Assembly: GCA_001804125.1 (NCBI GenBank)
Contig: MHFI01000036.1
Coordinates: 94,785-158,784 of the forward strand
DNA: 64,000 nucleotides
Source: Omnitrophica bacterium RIFCSPHIGHO2_02_FULL_51_18
GTDB taxonomy: Bacteria; Omnitrophota; Gorgyraeia; 2-02-FULL-51-18
Direction: 5' to 3'
Shown here: positions 9,924 to 18,406 of the stretch, one piece after another
How positions within the stretch are numbered: position 1 is the first letter of the stretch
How the letters are laid out: every line of letters begins with the position of its first letter
Position numbers and translations under genes: made by a program
Notes under the pieces: generated by a model
What the model saw: the letters and a program-made list of their open reading frames with translations, nothing else
What the model was told of the DNA's origin: nothing
Databases searched by the model: none

Positions 9924-10704
9924 GGCCGACTCCGCGCAGTTCCAAAAGCGCCTTTTTCAAGTTCTTTTTCCTCATCAGGCTCTCGCCCACAAGCACCGCT
10001 TGGGCCCCCGAGTTTTGCAGGAACAGGATGTCCTTACGGCTCCAAATCCCGCTTTCCGAAACGATGAGGGTTCCCTTCGGAATACGTTTTGCCAGCTTTT
10101 CGGTAGTGCGAATATCCACGGCGAAGCTCTTTAGGTTCCTGTTGTTGATTCCGATGAGCTCCGGGCGGAGGGGCAGCACTTTTTCAAGCTCCGCTTCCGT
10201 ATGAACTTCCACCCACACATCCATTCCCAGTCTTCGGGCCAGACTCCGGAAGTTTTTTATCTTTTCCGCCGTCAGCGCGGCCGCAATCAATAAAATCGCA
10301 TCCGCCCCGATAAGGCGCGATTCATAGATTTGGTACTCGTCAATCGTAAAGTCCTTCCTCAGGAGGGGAAGCGGCACGGCCCTTTTTACTTTTTTCAAAT
10401 CCTGCGCCGAGCCGCCAAAAAACTTTTCATCCGTCAGCACTGAAATCGCGCGCGCCCCCGCCTTCTCGAAACTTTTAGCTATTTTCACGGGATTAAAGCC
10501 GGTTCTCAGCACCCCTTTTGAGGGTGATTTTTTCTTAATTTCGGCTATCACCGAGACTTCGCGGCGGTTTTGGAGCGCGCGGAGAAAACGGGGTTTCTTT
10601 TTCGCCAGGTGCAAAACCTCTTTTTTTAAAACCGGGAGGGGTTTTATTCTTTTAAGCGCCGCGATTTCCTTCCTCTTATTTTTTATGATTCCATCAAGAT
10701 TCAT
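9916..10704 (-). CDS. trpC: indole-3-glycerol phosphate synthase
   Basis: TrpC domain (MNLDGIIKNKRKEIAALK...SVIAEIKKKSPSKG). The start is re-called to the ATG at 10704, which forms ATGA with the trpD stop. The 336 aa track ORF is an N-terminally over-extended call. Confidence 0.9.
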   Translation of the reverse strand: MNLDGIIKNKRKEIAALKRIKPLPVLKKEVLHLAKKKPRFLRALQNRREVSVIAEIKKKSPSKGVLRTGFNPVKIAKSFEKAGARAISVLTDEKFFGGSAQDLKKVKRAVPLPLLRKDFTIDEYQIYESRLIGADAILLIAAALTAEKIKNFRSLARRLGMDVWVEVHTEAELEKVLPLRPELIGINNRNLKSFAVDIRTTEKLAKRIPKGTLIVSESGIWSRKDILFLQNSGAQAVLVGESLMRKKNLKKALLELRGVGRG

Positions 10705-11720
10705 TGGATTTCTTGCGTAAACGACGCGATTTTTTCGAGCGTCCGGTAGGCCGCTCCGCGGACCAAATGCGCTTTGGCGGCGTCCATCCCTTCCTTGAGC
10801 GATCCCGCCTTTCCGGCCACGTAGAGCGCGGCACCGGTGTTCAAGGCGACAATGTCGCTGTGCGCGCCGGGCTCCCCTCTTAAAACCCTGACCGCGGCAT
10901 TCTTGCATTCCTCTTTTGTCCGGCATTGAATGTCCGCTAAACCGGCTTTTTTGATCTGAAAATCAGCCGGTGAGACCGTATAGCTCTTGACCTTGCCTTG
11001 ATCGAGCTCCGCGATATTCGTATCGTCACAAATCGTGATTTCATCAAGCCCGTCTTTTCCGTGAACCACAAGCGCCCGCTTCGAACCCAGCTCCAGAAGA
11101 GTTTGCGCGAACGTCTCTACGAGCCGCTCCTCGTACACGCCTATCACCTGGTAAAGCGCGCCGGCCGGGTTTGATAAGGGGCCCAAAAGATTAAACAGCG
11201 TCTTCCCGCCGATTTTTTTTCGCGCGGGCATCGCGTATTTGGCCGCCTCATGGAATTTTGGCGCGAAGAAAAAGCCAAAATTATGCCGATCAATGCAGGT
11301 TTCAATGGCCGGAACCGGTAAATCAATTCTCACTCCCAAGGCTTCCAGAATATCCGCGCTGCCGCACTGGCTTGAAACCGAGCGATTGCCGTGTTTGGCG
11401 ATCTTCACGCCCATGGACGCCGCAGCAATCGCCGAAAGCGTGGATACATTGAGGGTGTTCTTGGAATCTCCGCCCGTGCCGCACGTATCAAGAAGTTCGG
11501 GATGCCGGGAGCGGAGTTTTAACCCGTGTCCGCGCATGACTCTTGCGGCCGAGGCGATTTCCTCGGCCGTCTCGCCTTTGTCCCTCAGCAGCGAGAGAAA
11601 CTCCTCAATCTCCGGATCCCTCAAAACGCCCGTCATGATCGCCTGCATCAGGTCAATCATTTCGACGGGGCTTAAATTTTCTTTTTTGCCCAATTTAAAA
11701 AAAACGTCGTTGAGCCTCAT
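10701..11720 (-). CDS. trpD: anthranilate phosphoribosyltransferase
   Basis: 339 aa. It carries the CGTGGDS motif and has TrpD-length architecture. Confidence 0.95.
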   Translation of the reverse strand: MRLNDVFFKLGKKENLSPVEMIDLMQAIMTGVLRDPEIEEFLSLLRDKGETAEEIASAARVMRGHGLKLRSRHPELLDTCGTGGDSKNTLNVSTLSAIAAASMGVKIAKHGNRSVSSQCGSADILEALGVRIDLPVPAIETCIDRHNFGFFFAPKFHEAAKYAMPARKKIGGKTLFNLLGPLSNPAGALYQVIGVYEERLVETFAQTLLELGSKRALVVHGKDGLDEITICDDTNIAELDQGKVKSYTVSPADFQIKKAGLADIQCRTKEECKNAAVRVLRGEPGAHSDIVALNTGAALYVAGKAGSLKEGMDAAKAHLVRGAAYRTLEKIASFTQEIQ

Positions 11721-12286
<566 letters not shown>

Positions 12287-12290
<4 letters not shown>

Positions 12291-13789
12291 GGCACACCCT
12301 CATTTTCGGCCGATTCAATCGCCTGGATGAGCGCCCGGGCCTTGTTCACGGTTTCCTGGTATTCGTGCTTCGGAACCGAGTCTGTCACGATGCCCGCGCC
12401 GGCTTGAACGTACGCCGTGCCGTCCTTCACCAAAATCGTGCGGATCGCGATGCAGGAGTCAAGATTTCCCGAATAGCTGAAATAACCCACGACTCCTGAG
12501 TAAAGCCCGCGTTTCTGGTTTTCCAGTTCATCAATGATTTCCATCGCCCTCACCTTCGGCGCGCCGGAAACCGTGCCGGCCGGGAACGTCGCGCGCAAAA
12601 GGTCAAAAATCGTTTTCCCTTTTTTCAAGCATCCTTCGACGGTGCTGACGATATGCATCACGTGGGAATAACGCTCGATCACCATAAACTCGGGGACTTT
12701 CACGGATTTAAATTCGCACACACGGCCAAGGTCATTGCGCCCGAGGTCCACGAGCATCAGGTGTTCGGCGCGTTCCTTGGGATCGCCCAAGAGCTCCTTT
12801 TCGAGCCCCCGGTCTTCTTTAGCGTCCTTGCCGCGGCGGCGTGTGCCGGCAATCGGCCTTAAGAAGGCCTCGCCGTTTTCGCAGCGTACATGCACTTCAG
12901 GCGAAGAGCCGACAATCTGGAAATCTCCGCAGTTCAGATAAAACATATACGGCGAGGGATTGATCGATCGAAGCGCCCGGTAAATGTCAAACGCGTCGGA
13001 GCGGACACCCGCACGGAAAGACTGCGACAGCACCACCTGGAAGATGTCCCCTATTTGGATGTAACGTTTCGCTTTACGCACCGCTTTTTCAAAACCTACC
13101 TTCGTAAAATTGGACCCGACTTTCAGCGGCCGTGAGGCCTCCGTTTCCGGAATTGGGCTTTTGCGCACCGCGACGGATTTCAGCTTCCGGACTTCCTGCC
13201 CCAGTTTCTCTTCGGCGTGCCGGTAAGCTTCTTCGGCATTTCCAAAATCATCCAGGAATACGTTGGAAACCACTTTGATTTTTTGGCTCAGGCGGTCAAA
13301 AATAAAAAGCGTGTCGGTGAATATAAAAATCGAATCGGGAATGTGGAACCTGTCCCGGTTTTTATCGGGGATTTTCTCGATAAAACGAACCGTGTCATAA
13401 CCCAGGTAGCCTACGGCGCCGCCCGTAAACGGCGGAAGCCCCTTCACCGGCACGTGGCGGTAACGCTTGAGTATTTTTTCAAGCTCGGTAAGCGGATCGT
13501 GCTTGGTCTCAAAGCTTTCTTCAAGGCCGTTCCTTAGGATCGTGATTTGCCGCGCCTTGCTTTTAAAAACAAGCGAGGGGGAGCCCCCGAGAAACGAATA
13601 GCGGGCGATACGCTCGCCCCCTTCCACCGATTCCAATAAATAGGAGTAAACAGGGTCGCCGATTTTAAGAAACGCGGAAACAGGCGTGTCAAGGTCTGCC
13701 AAAATTTCCCGGTAAACCGGGATGAGGTTCCCTTTTCTGGCGAGCCTTAAGAATTCCTTTTTCGTCGGGAAACATTCGCTCAAAATCAA
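12287..13789 (-). CDS. trpE: anthranilate synthase component I
   Basis: 500 aa chorismate-binding enzyme. It has the TrpE N-terminal regulatory domain ([15 protein letters not shown]) and C-terminal GAGIVTDS. Confidence 0.9.
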
Positions 13790-14184
13790 TACACCTTTTT
13801 CGGATCAAAAAGCCTGGGGTCCGTGATCTCTTTGGATCCGTCCTGTTTTATTTTTTCAAAATAACAGCTCAAGTAGCCTTGATGACAACCGGCCACTTTC
13901 TGTTCCACCCCGAATAAAAGCGACTTGCCTTCACAATCCACGCGGAATTCCTTGACGGCCTGCGTGTGGCCCGAGGTCTCGCCTTTCATCATGAGTTTGT
14001 TCTGCGAACGCCTGAAAAGATAAATGAAGCCCTCCCCCAGCGTGGCCTTGAGAGCCCTCTCGCTCATGTAACAAAGTGTCAGCACCTTTTTCGTGGCCGC
14101 GTCCTGAATGATTGCCGGGATCAAACCCGTGCCTGCATCGAATTTAAGTGATTTTTTTATTTTATCAAACTCAGCGTCTGTCAT
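13786..14184 (-). CDS. hisI: phosphoribosyl-AMP cyclohydrolase
   Basis: 132 aa with the HisI core [27 protein letters not shown]. There is no fused HisE moiety. Confidence 0.85.
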   Translation of the reverse strand: MTDAEFDKIKKSLKFDAGTGLIPAIIQDAATKKVLTLCYMSERALKATLGEGFIYLFRRSQNKLMMKGETSGHTQAVKEFRVDCEGKSLLFGVEQKVAGCHQGYLSCYFEKIKQDGSKEITDPRLFDPKKVY

Positions 14185-14942
14185 AATCGGACCGGAACTC
14201 CTCTTCTTTTCAAAAATAGTTTTGCCTGCTTGACCGTAAATTTCTTGTAATGAAAAATGCTTGCCGCCAAAACCGCGTCCGCCTTTCCCCGGGTAAACCC
14301 GTCGGCCAGATGCTGAAGGTTCCCGGCCCCGCCTGAGGCAATCACGGGAATCTTGACCGCTTCGGAAACAGCACGCGTGAGCCCGAGGTCATAACCGTTT
14401 TCTGTGCCGTCCCTATCCATGCTGGTCAGAAGAATTTCGCCGGCGCCGAGTTTCTCGACATTTTTGGCCCACCCCACCGCATCAAGACCTGTCGCATTCC
14501 GCCCGCCGTGTGTGAAAACCTCCCAACCCCTCCCGTTTGCCTTGCGCTTGGCATCAATCGCAACGACAATGCACTGGGAGCCGAATCGGGATGCGCCCTC
14601 CCGTACGAACTTTGGGTGCTTTACGGCCGCCGTATTGATCGACACCTTATCGGCGCCGGCGTTCAGAAGCTTGCGGATATCCCCTATCCTGCTGACACCC
14701 CCGCCGACCGTGAGCGGCATAAAAACCTGCTCGGCCGTGCGGCGCACGACCCCGAGAAGGATGCCGCGCTTTTCATAGGACGCTGTGATATCGAGAAACA
14801 CAAGCTCGTCCGCGCCCTGCCTGTCATAGTGGACCGCGCACTCCACCGGGTCTCCGGCATCGCGAAGCCCCAAAAATTTCGTGCCCTTGACGACGCGGCC
14901 TTCTTTGACGTCTAAACAAGGAATTATACGTTTTGCGAGCAT
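14181..14942 (-). CDS. hisF: imidazole glycerol phosphate synthase cyclase subunit
   Basis: 253 aa. It begins [20 protein letters not shown], the HisF N-terminus. Confidence 0.95.
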   Translation of the reverse strand: MLAKRIIPCLDVKEGRVVKGTKFLGLRDAGDPVECAVHYDRQGADELVFLDITASYEKRGILLGVVRRTAEQVFMPLTVGGGVSRIGDIRKLLNAGADKVSINTAAVKHPKFVREGASRFGSQCIVVAIDAKRKANGRGWEVFTHGGRNATGLDAVGWAKNVEKLGAGEILLTSMDRDGTENGYDLGLTRAVSEAVKIPVIASGGAGNLQHLADGFTRGKADAVLAASIFHYKKFTVKQAKLFLKRRGVPVRL

Positions 14943-15655
14943 GCTTGAATAGCTTCTTTTAGCGTGAATTTGTTCTCATAAAGCGCCTTCCCGATCACAA
15001 CGCCCTTGATATTTTTCTTCTTAAGGCCTATCAGCGCTTCGAGGTCTTTCAGGGAACTCACGCCGCCCGAGGCAATCACATCCAAACCTACGGCTTCGCT
15101 TACGTTCCTTATTTCTTTCAGGTTGGGCCCGGAAAGCGCGCCGTCCTTCGAAATATCCGTGTAAATCACGGTTTGCCCGCCAAGTTTCTCAAATTCTTTG
15201 ATAAATTCAACGGCGCCTATCTTCGTAACCTTCGTCCATCCGTCCGTCGCAATAAACCCGTCGCGCGCGTCAACCCCCACAATCGCCTTCTCTTTGAACT
15301 CCGACACAAGCTCCTTTATAAAACCCCTGTCCAAACACGCCTGCGTCCCGAAAATAACCCACCGGACCCCCATGGCCAGGTACCCGGCCGCTGTTTGAAG
15401 ATTCCGGAGGCCGCCGCCAAGCTCCACCGGCACGCGCACGGCTTTTAAAATCTTTTCCACCGATTTTATATTCTTCGGTCTGCCCTTCAACGCGCCGTCG
15501 AGGTCCACGACGTGGATTCTAGCCGCGCCCTCCGCCTCAAAATGTTTTGCCGCTTCTTCAGGTTTTTCAAAATAAACCTTCTCTTCCTTGAAGTCGCCCT
15601 GAAGGAGCCGAACCACCTTGCCCTCTTTCAGATCGATCGCGGGGATAGCAATCAT
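14924..15655 (-). CDS. hisA: ProFAR isomerase
   Basis: 243 aa. It begins [22 protein letters not shown], the HisA N-terminus. Confidence 0.9.
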   Translation of the reverse strand: MIAIPAIDLKEGKVVRLLQGDFKEEKVYFEKPEEAAKHFEAEGAARIHVVDLDGALKGRPKNIKSVEKILKAVRVPVELGGGLRNLQTAAGYLAMGVRWVIFGTQACLDRGFIKELVSEFKEKAIVGVDARDGFIATDGWTKVTKIGAVEFIKEFEKLGGQTVIYTDISKDGALSGPNLKEIRNVSEAVGLDVIASGGVSSLKDLEALIGLKKKNIKGVVIGKALYENKFTLKEAIQACSQNV

Positions 15656-15661
15656 GGAGAG

Positions 15662-16276
15662 TTATCTTAAACGAACAAAGTTTCTGATAATCCGAAAGCC
15701 CGCTTGCTGGCTCTTCTCAGGGTGAAATTGCGTCGCATAAATATTGGCGCGCCAGACACTGGAGCAGAAATCAAGCCCGTAATCCGTCGTGGAAGAAATC
15801 CAGTCCCTGTCCTTGGGCGCGCCGTAGTACGAATGCACGAAATAGAAAAAATCTCCCCCGCCCACCCCCTTCAAAATCGGGCAGTCCTTTTTCTTGAGCT
15901 TCAGATTATTCCAGCCCATGTGCGGAACTTTAAGCTTCACGCGGAACCTTTTAACCTTACCCGGAATAATTCCAAACCCGAAGGCTCTTTTTTTTCCTTC
16001 ATTCTCCTCGCTCTCCTCAAACAAAAGCTGAAGTCCCAGGCAAAGGCCCAGATACGGTGACCCGCCGAGTATTTTTTTGCGGATCACATCCACAAGCCTT
16101 CGTTTCTCAAGCTCGCGCACGGCCGCCGTAAAAGCGCCCACGCCCGGGAGCACGATCTTCCCGGCTTTTTCTATGTCGCTCTTCGAAGAAGTAACCTTGG
16201 GCCTGGCCCCGCTTTTCTCGAACGCCTTCTGAACACTGCGAAGGTTTCCCATGCCGTAGTCGACAATGGCTATCAT
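15662..16276 (-). CDS. hisH: imidazole glycerol phosphate synthase glutamine amidotransferase subunit
   Basis: 204 aa. It begins MIAIVDYGMGNLRSV and carries the LGLCLGLQ catalytic Cys. Confidence 0.9.
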   Translation of the reverse strand: MIAIVDYGMGNLRSVQKAFEKSGARPKVTSSKSDIEKAGKIVLPGVGAFTAAVRELEKRRLVDVIRKKILGGSPYLGLCLGLQLLFEESEENEGKKRAFGFGIIPGKVKRFRVKLKVPHMGWNNLKLKKKDCPILKGVGGGDFFYFVHSYYGAPKDRDWISSTTDYGLDFCSSVWRANIYATQFHPEKSQQAGFRIIRNFVRLR

Positions 16277-16305
16277 CTACCATCCTTCTTTTTAACCACT
16301 TGGCC

Positions 16306-16480
16306 ACCAACCGGTTTCTTGTCCATCATGCTCCGTGGCATTGACGTAAGTTCGGGGAACCTCGGCAAAATGGCAAAACTCGGGCTAGGCCGCCCTCGGA
16401 CAGTTGCCATTTTGCCGTATCCCGGCGAACTTGACGTCAATGCCACAAGAGGAGCGATGCCGGACAAGAAACCGGCTGGT
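16306..16480. repeat. MITE-like imperfect palindrome, family D copy 1, inserted between hisH and hisB
   Basis: The outer inverted arms are CCGGTTTCTTGTCC / GGACAAGAAACCGG and GTGGCATTGACGT / ACGTCAATGCCAC. The core CCTCGGCAAAATGGCAAAACTCGGGCTAGGCCGCCCTCGGACAGTTGCCATTTTGCCG is about 90% identical to a second copy at 39081-39140. Confidence 0.7.
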
Positions 16481-16494
16481 CGCTAAAAACTTAG

Positions 16495-17121
16495 TCACAA
16501 CTTGCCTTTTGTTGATGGCACAAACTTCGTACGCTCATCGATGCTGGCAGCCCAGTCAAGCGCTTTGGCAAGCGCTTTAAACGTCGCTTCGATGATGTGA
16601 TGAGACTGCTCGCCCGCGATAAAATCCACGTGCAGTGTCAAACCCATGTGGTTTGCGAATGATTCCCAAAAGTGCTTGGCATCCGCCAGCGTATAGTTTT
16701 TATCGCCTTTTTTCTCGCGCAGTGCGGGATGCTCAATCCATCTGGTTTTCGGGCCCGTGTGCATGTGAAAGGAGCCGCGGCCGCTTACGTCCAGGGAAAC
16801 GCGCGCCTGAGTCAGCGCCTCATCGAGCGGCGCGCGAAAATCTGCAAAGCGCCTTATCCCCTTCTTGTCACCCAGCGCTTTCTTAAACGCTTCGCCGAGC
16901 GCTATTCCGACGTCTTCGTTCGTGTGATGCTTGTCGATGTGGAGATCGCCTTTGGCTCTGAGCGTCAGGTCAAAAAGTCCGTGCTTCGCCAAAGTCTCAA
17001 GCATGTGGTCCAAAAACCCGATGCCTGTCCTGACTTTGGCTTTTCCGCTGCCATCGAGATTGAGCGTAAGAACGATGTTGGTTTCTTTTGTTTTCCTTCT
17101 TAACTTTATTGCGCGTTTCAT
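16495..17121 (-). CDS. hisB: imidazoleglycerol-phosphate dehydratase
   Basis: HisB fold (RKTKETNIVLTLNLDGSG...). The start is re-called to the ATG at 17121, which is preceded by GAAGGA. The longer track ORF (to 17157) reads through a repeat half-element. Confidence 0.88.
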   Translation of the reverse strand: MKRAIKLRRKTKETNIVLTLNLDGSGKAKVRTGIGFLDHMLETLAKHGLFDLTLRAKGDLHIDKHHTNEDVGIALGEAFKKALGDKKGIRRFADFRAPLDEALTQARVSLDVSGRGSFHMHTGPKTRWIEHPALREKKGDKNYTLADAKHFWESFANHMGLTLHVDFIAGEQSHHIIEATFKALAKALDWAASIDERTKFVPSTKGKL

Positions 17122-17123
17122 AT

Positions 17124-17172
17124 GAGATCCTTCGCTTTGCTCAGGATGACCCGCCATGAACCCTGGCGGGTC
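17124..17172. repeat. solo right half of a family-A nested-hairpin repeat plus a GC hairpin, in the hisD-hisB spacer
   Basis: GAGATCCTTCGCTTTGCTCAGGATGAC matches the right half of the family consensus seen at 54688-54712 and 57131-57156. It is followed by GACCCGCCATGAACCCTGGCGGGTC, a hairpin with a 9 bp stem. Confidence 0.65.
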
Positions 17173-18400
17173 ATTTGTGTTTGTAAAACCTTATTTTCAC
17201 GGATTCCACATGCTTGGTTAATCCTTCCAATCCCCCGATGTGTTCGATGGCCGGCTTTATTTTTTCCAGCGCTTTGCGGTTATAAGAAATCACGTGAGAA
17301 CTTTTAAGAAAATCGTACACGCCCAGCCCCGAAAAAAATCGCGCGGTTCCGTTCGTAGGCAGTACGTGGCTTGGGCCCGCGACGTAATCTCCGACCGCCG
17401 TCGGTGTGTAGGCGCCTATAAAAATAGCGCCGGCATGTTTCACGTCCTTCAGGATTCTTTGCGGGCTCTTCACCATGATTTGTAAATGCTCCGGTGCAAT
17501 CTGATTGATAACGTCCACGCCCTGTTTCAGATTTTTAACGAGAATAATATGGCCTTTTCCCGGCACCTTTTTGATGATTTTTGCAAGCCGCTTCGACGTC
17601 GTCACGAGAATCGCGGTTCCCATGTGGTGCTCGCTCTGTGCCATCAAATCGGCCGCTACAAAATCAGGATCGGAATAATCATTTGCCAAAATCACGAGCT
17701 CCGAGGGACCCGCAATCATGTCGATGTCGCAATAACCGAACACCTGCCGTTTCGCTTCCGCCACATACGCGTTGCCGGGACCTATAATTTTATCCACGCG
17801 GGGAATCGTCTTCGTGCCGAGGGCCATGGCCGCAATGCCCTGAGCGCCGCCCGCCTTAAAAATTCCGTCGACTTTCAGGAGATTCGCGACCGCCAAGATA
17901 TGGGGATCGACGGACTTGTGCTTATTGGGCGGCGTCATGAGATAAATTTTTTCCACTCCCGCAAGCTTTGCCGGAAGCACCGTCATGTACACGGTTGACG
18001 GCAGCGGCACAGTCCCCGCCGGGATGTAAATTCCGACCGATTCCAGCGGCTTGACTCTTTCGCCCAAGATAACGCCGTCTTCCGTCACCATCTTCCACGA
18101 GCGTTTCGTCTGTTTGCGGTAGAAGCGGCTTACATTCTCGACGGCCAGTTTAAGCGCCGACACAAAATCAGGGCTGATGTTCTGATACGCGCCGTTTATT
18201 TCGCTTTCAGTGACCCGCAGTTCCTTGGCCGTCAGCTTGACCCTGTCAAACTTGCGCGTGTAACGAAGCACCGCCTCATCGCCATCGTTTTTTACGTCGT
18301 CGATGATACGGCGTACCTTTTCTTCGACACGCCGGTCACGGCGGACCGAGCGTTGAAAAAGTTTCTCAAACTTCTTGCTCCAGGGTTTTATGACTTTCAT
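17171..18400 (-). CDS. hisD: histidinol dehydrogenase
   Basis: 409 aa with HisD architecture, including SEHHMGTAILVT and the C-terminal GLEGLTKH. Confidence 0.9.
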   Translation of the reverse strand: MKVIKPWSKKFEKLFQRSVRRDRRVEEKVRRIIDDVKNDGDEAVLRYTRKFDRVKLTAKELRVTESEINGAYQNISPDFVSALKLAVENVSRFYRKQTKRSWKMVTEDGVILGERVKPLESVGIYIPAGTVPLPSTVYMTVLPAKLAGVEKIYLMTPPNKHKSVDPHILAVANLLKVDGIFKAGGAQGIAAMALGTKTIPRVDKIIGPGNAYVAEAKRQVFGYCDIDMIAGPSELVILANDYSDPDFVAADLMAQSEHHMGTAILVTTSKRLAKIIKKVPGKGHIILVKNLKQGVDVINQIAPEHLQIMVKSPQRILKDVKHAGAIFIGAYTPTAVGDYVAGPSHVLPTNGTARFFSGLGVYDFLKSSHVISYNRKALEKIKPAIEHIGGLEGLTKHVESVKIRFYKHK

Positions 18401-18406
18401 TGAGGA

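Noticed and set aside
9916-10926. Long N-terminal extensions in the ORF track for trpC (336 aa), hisB, argD (499 aa), argC, rplM, trpA, dut and the 180 aa pilin
   Set aside because: The track begins at the first ATG, GTG or TTG after a stop. Homology-consistent starts with an SD and/or ATGA or GTGA overlap to the upstream gene lie internally. Several of the extended calls begin on promoter -35 hexamers (TTGACA, TTGATA) or read through repeats.
16273-16467. 64 aa minus-strand ORF between hisH and hisB
   Set aside because: It lies wholly within the family-D palindromic element. The same sequence at 39060-39172 is non-coding. This is the repeat read in frame.
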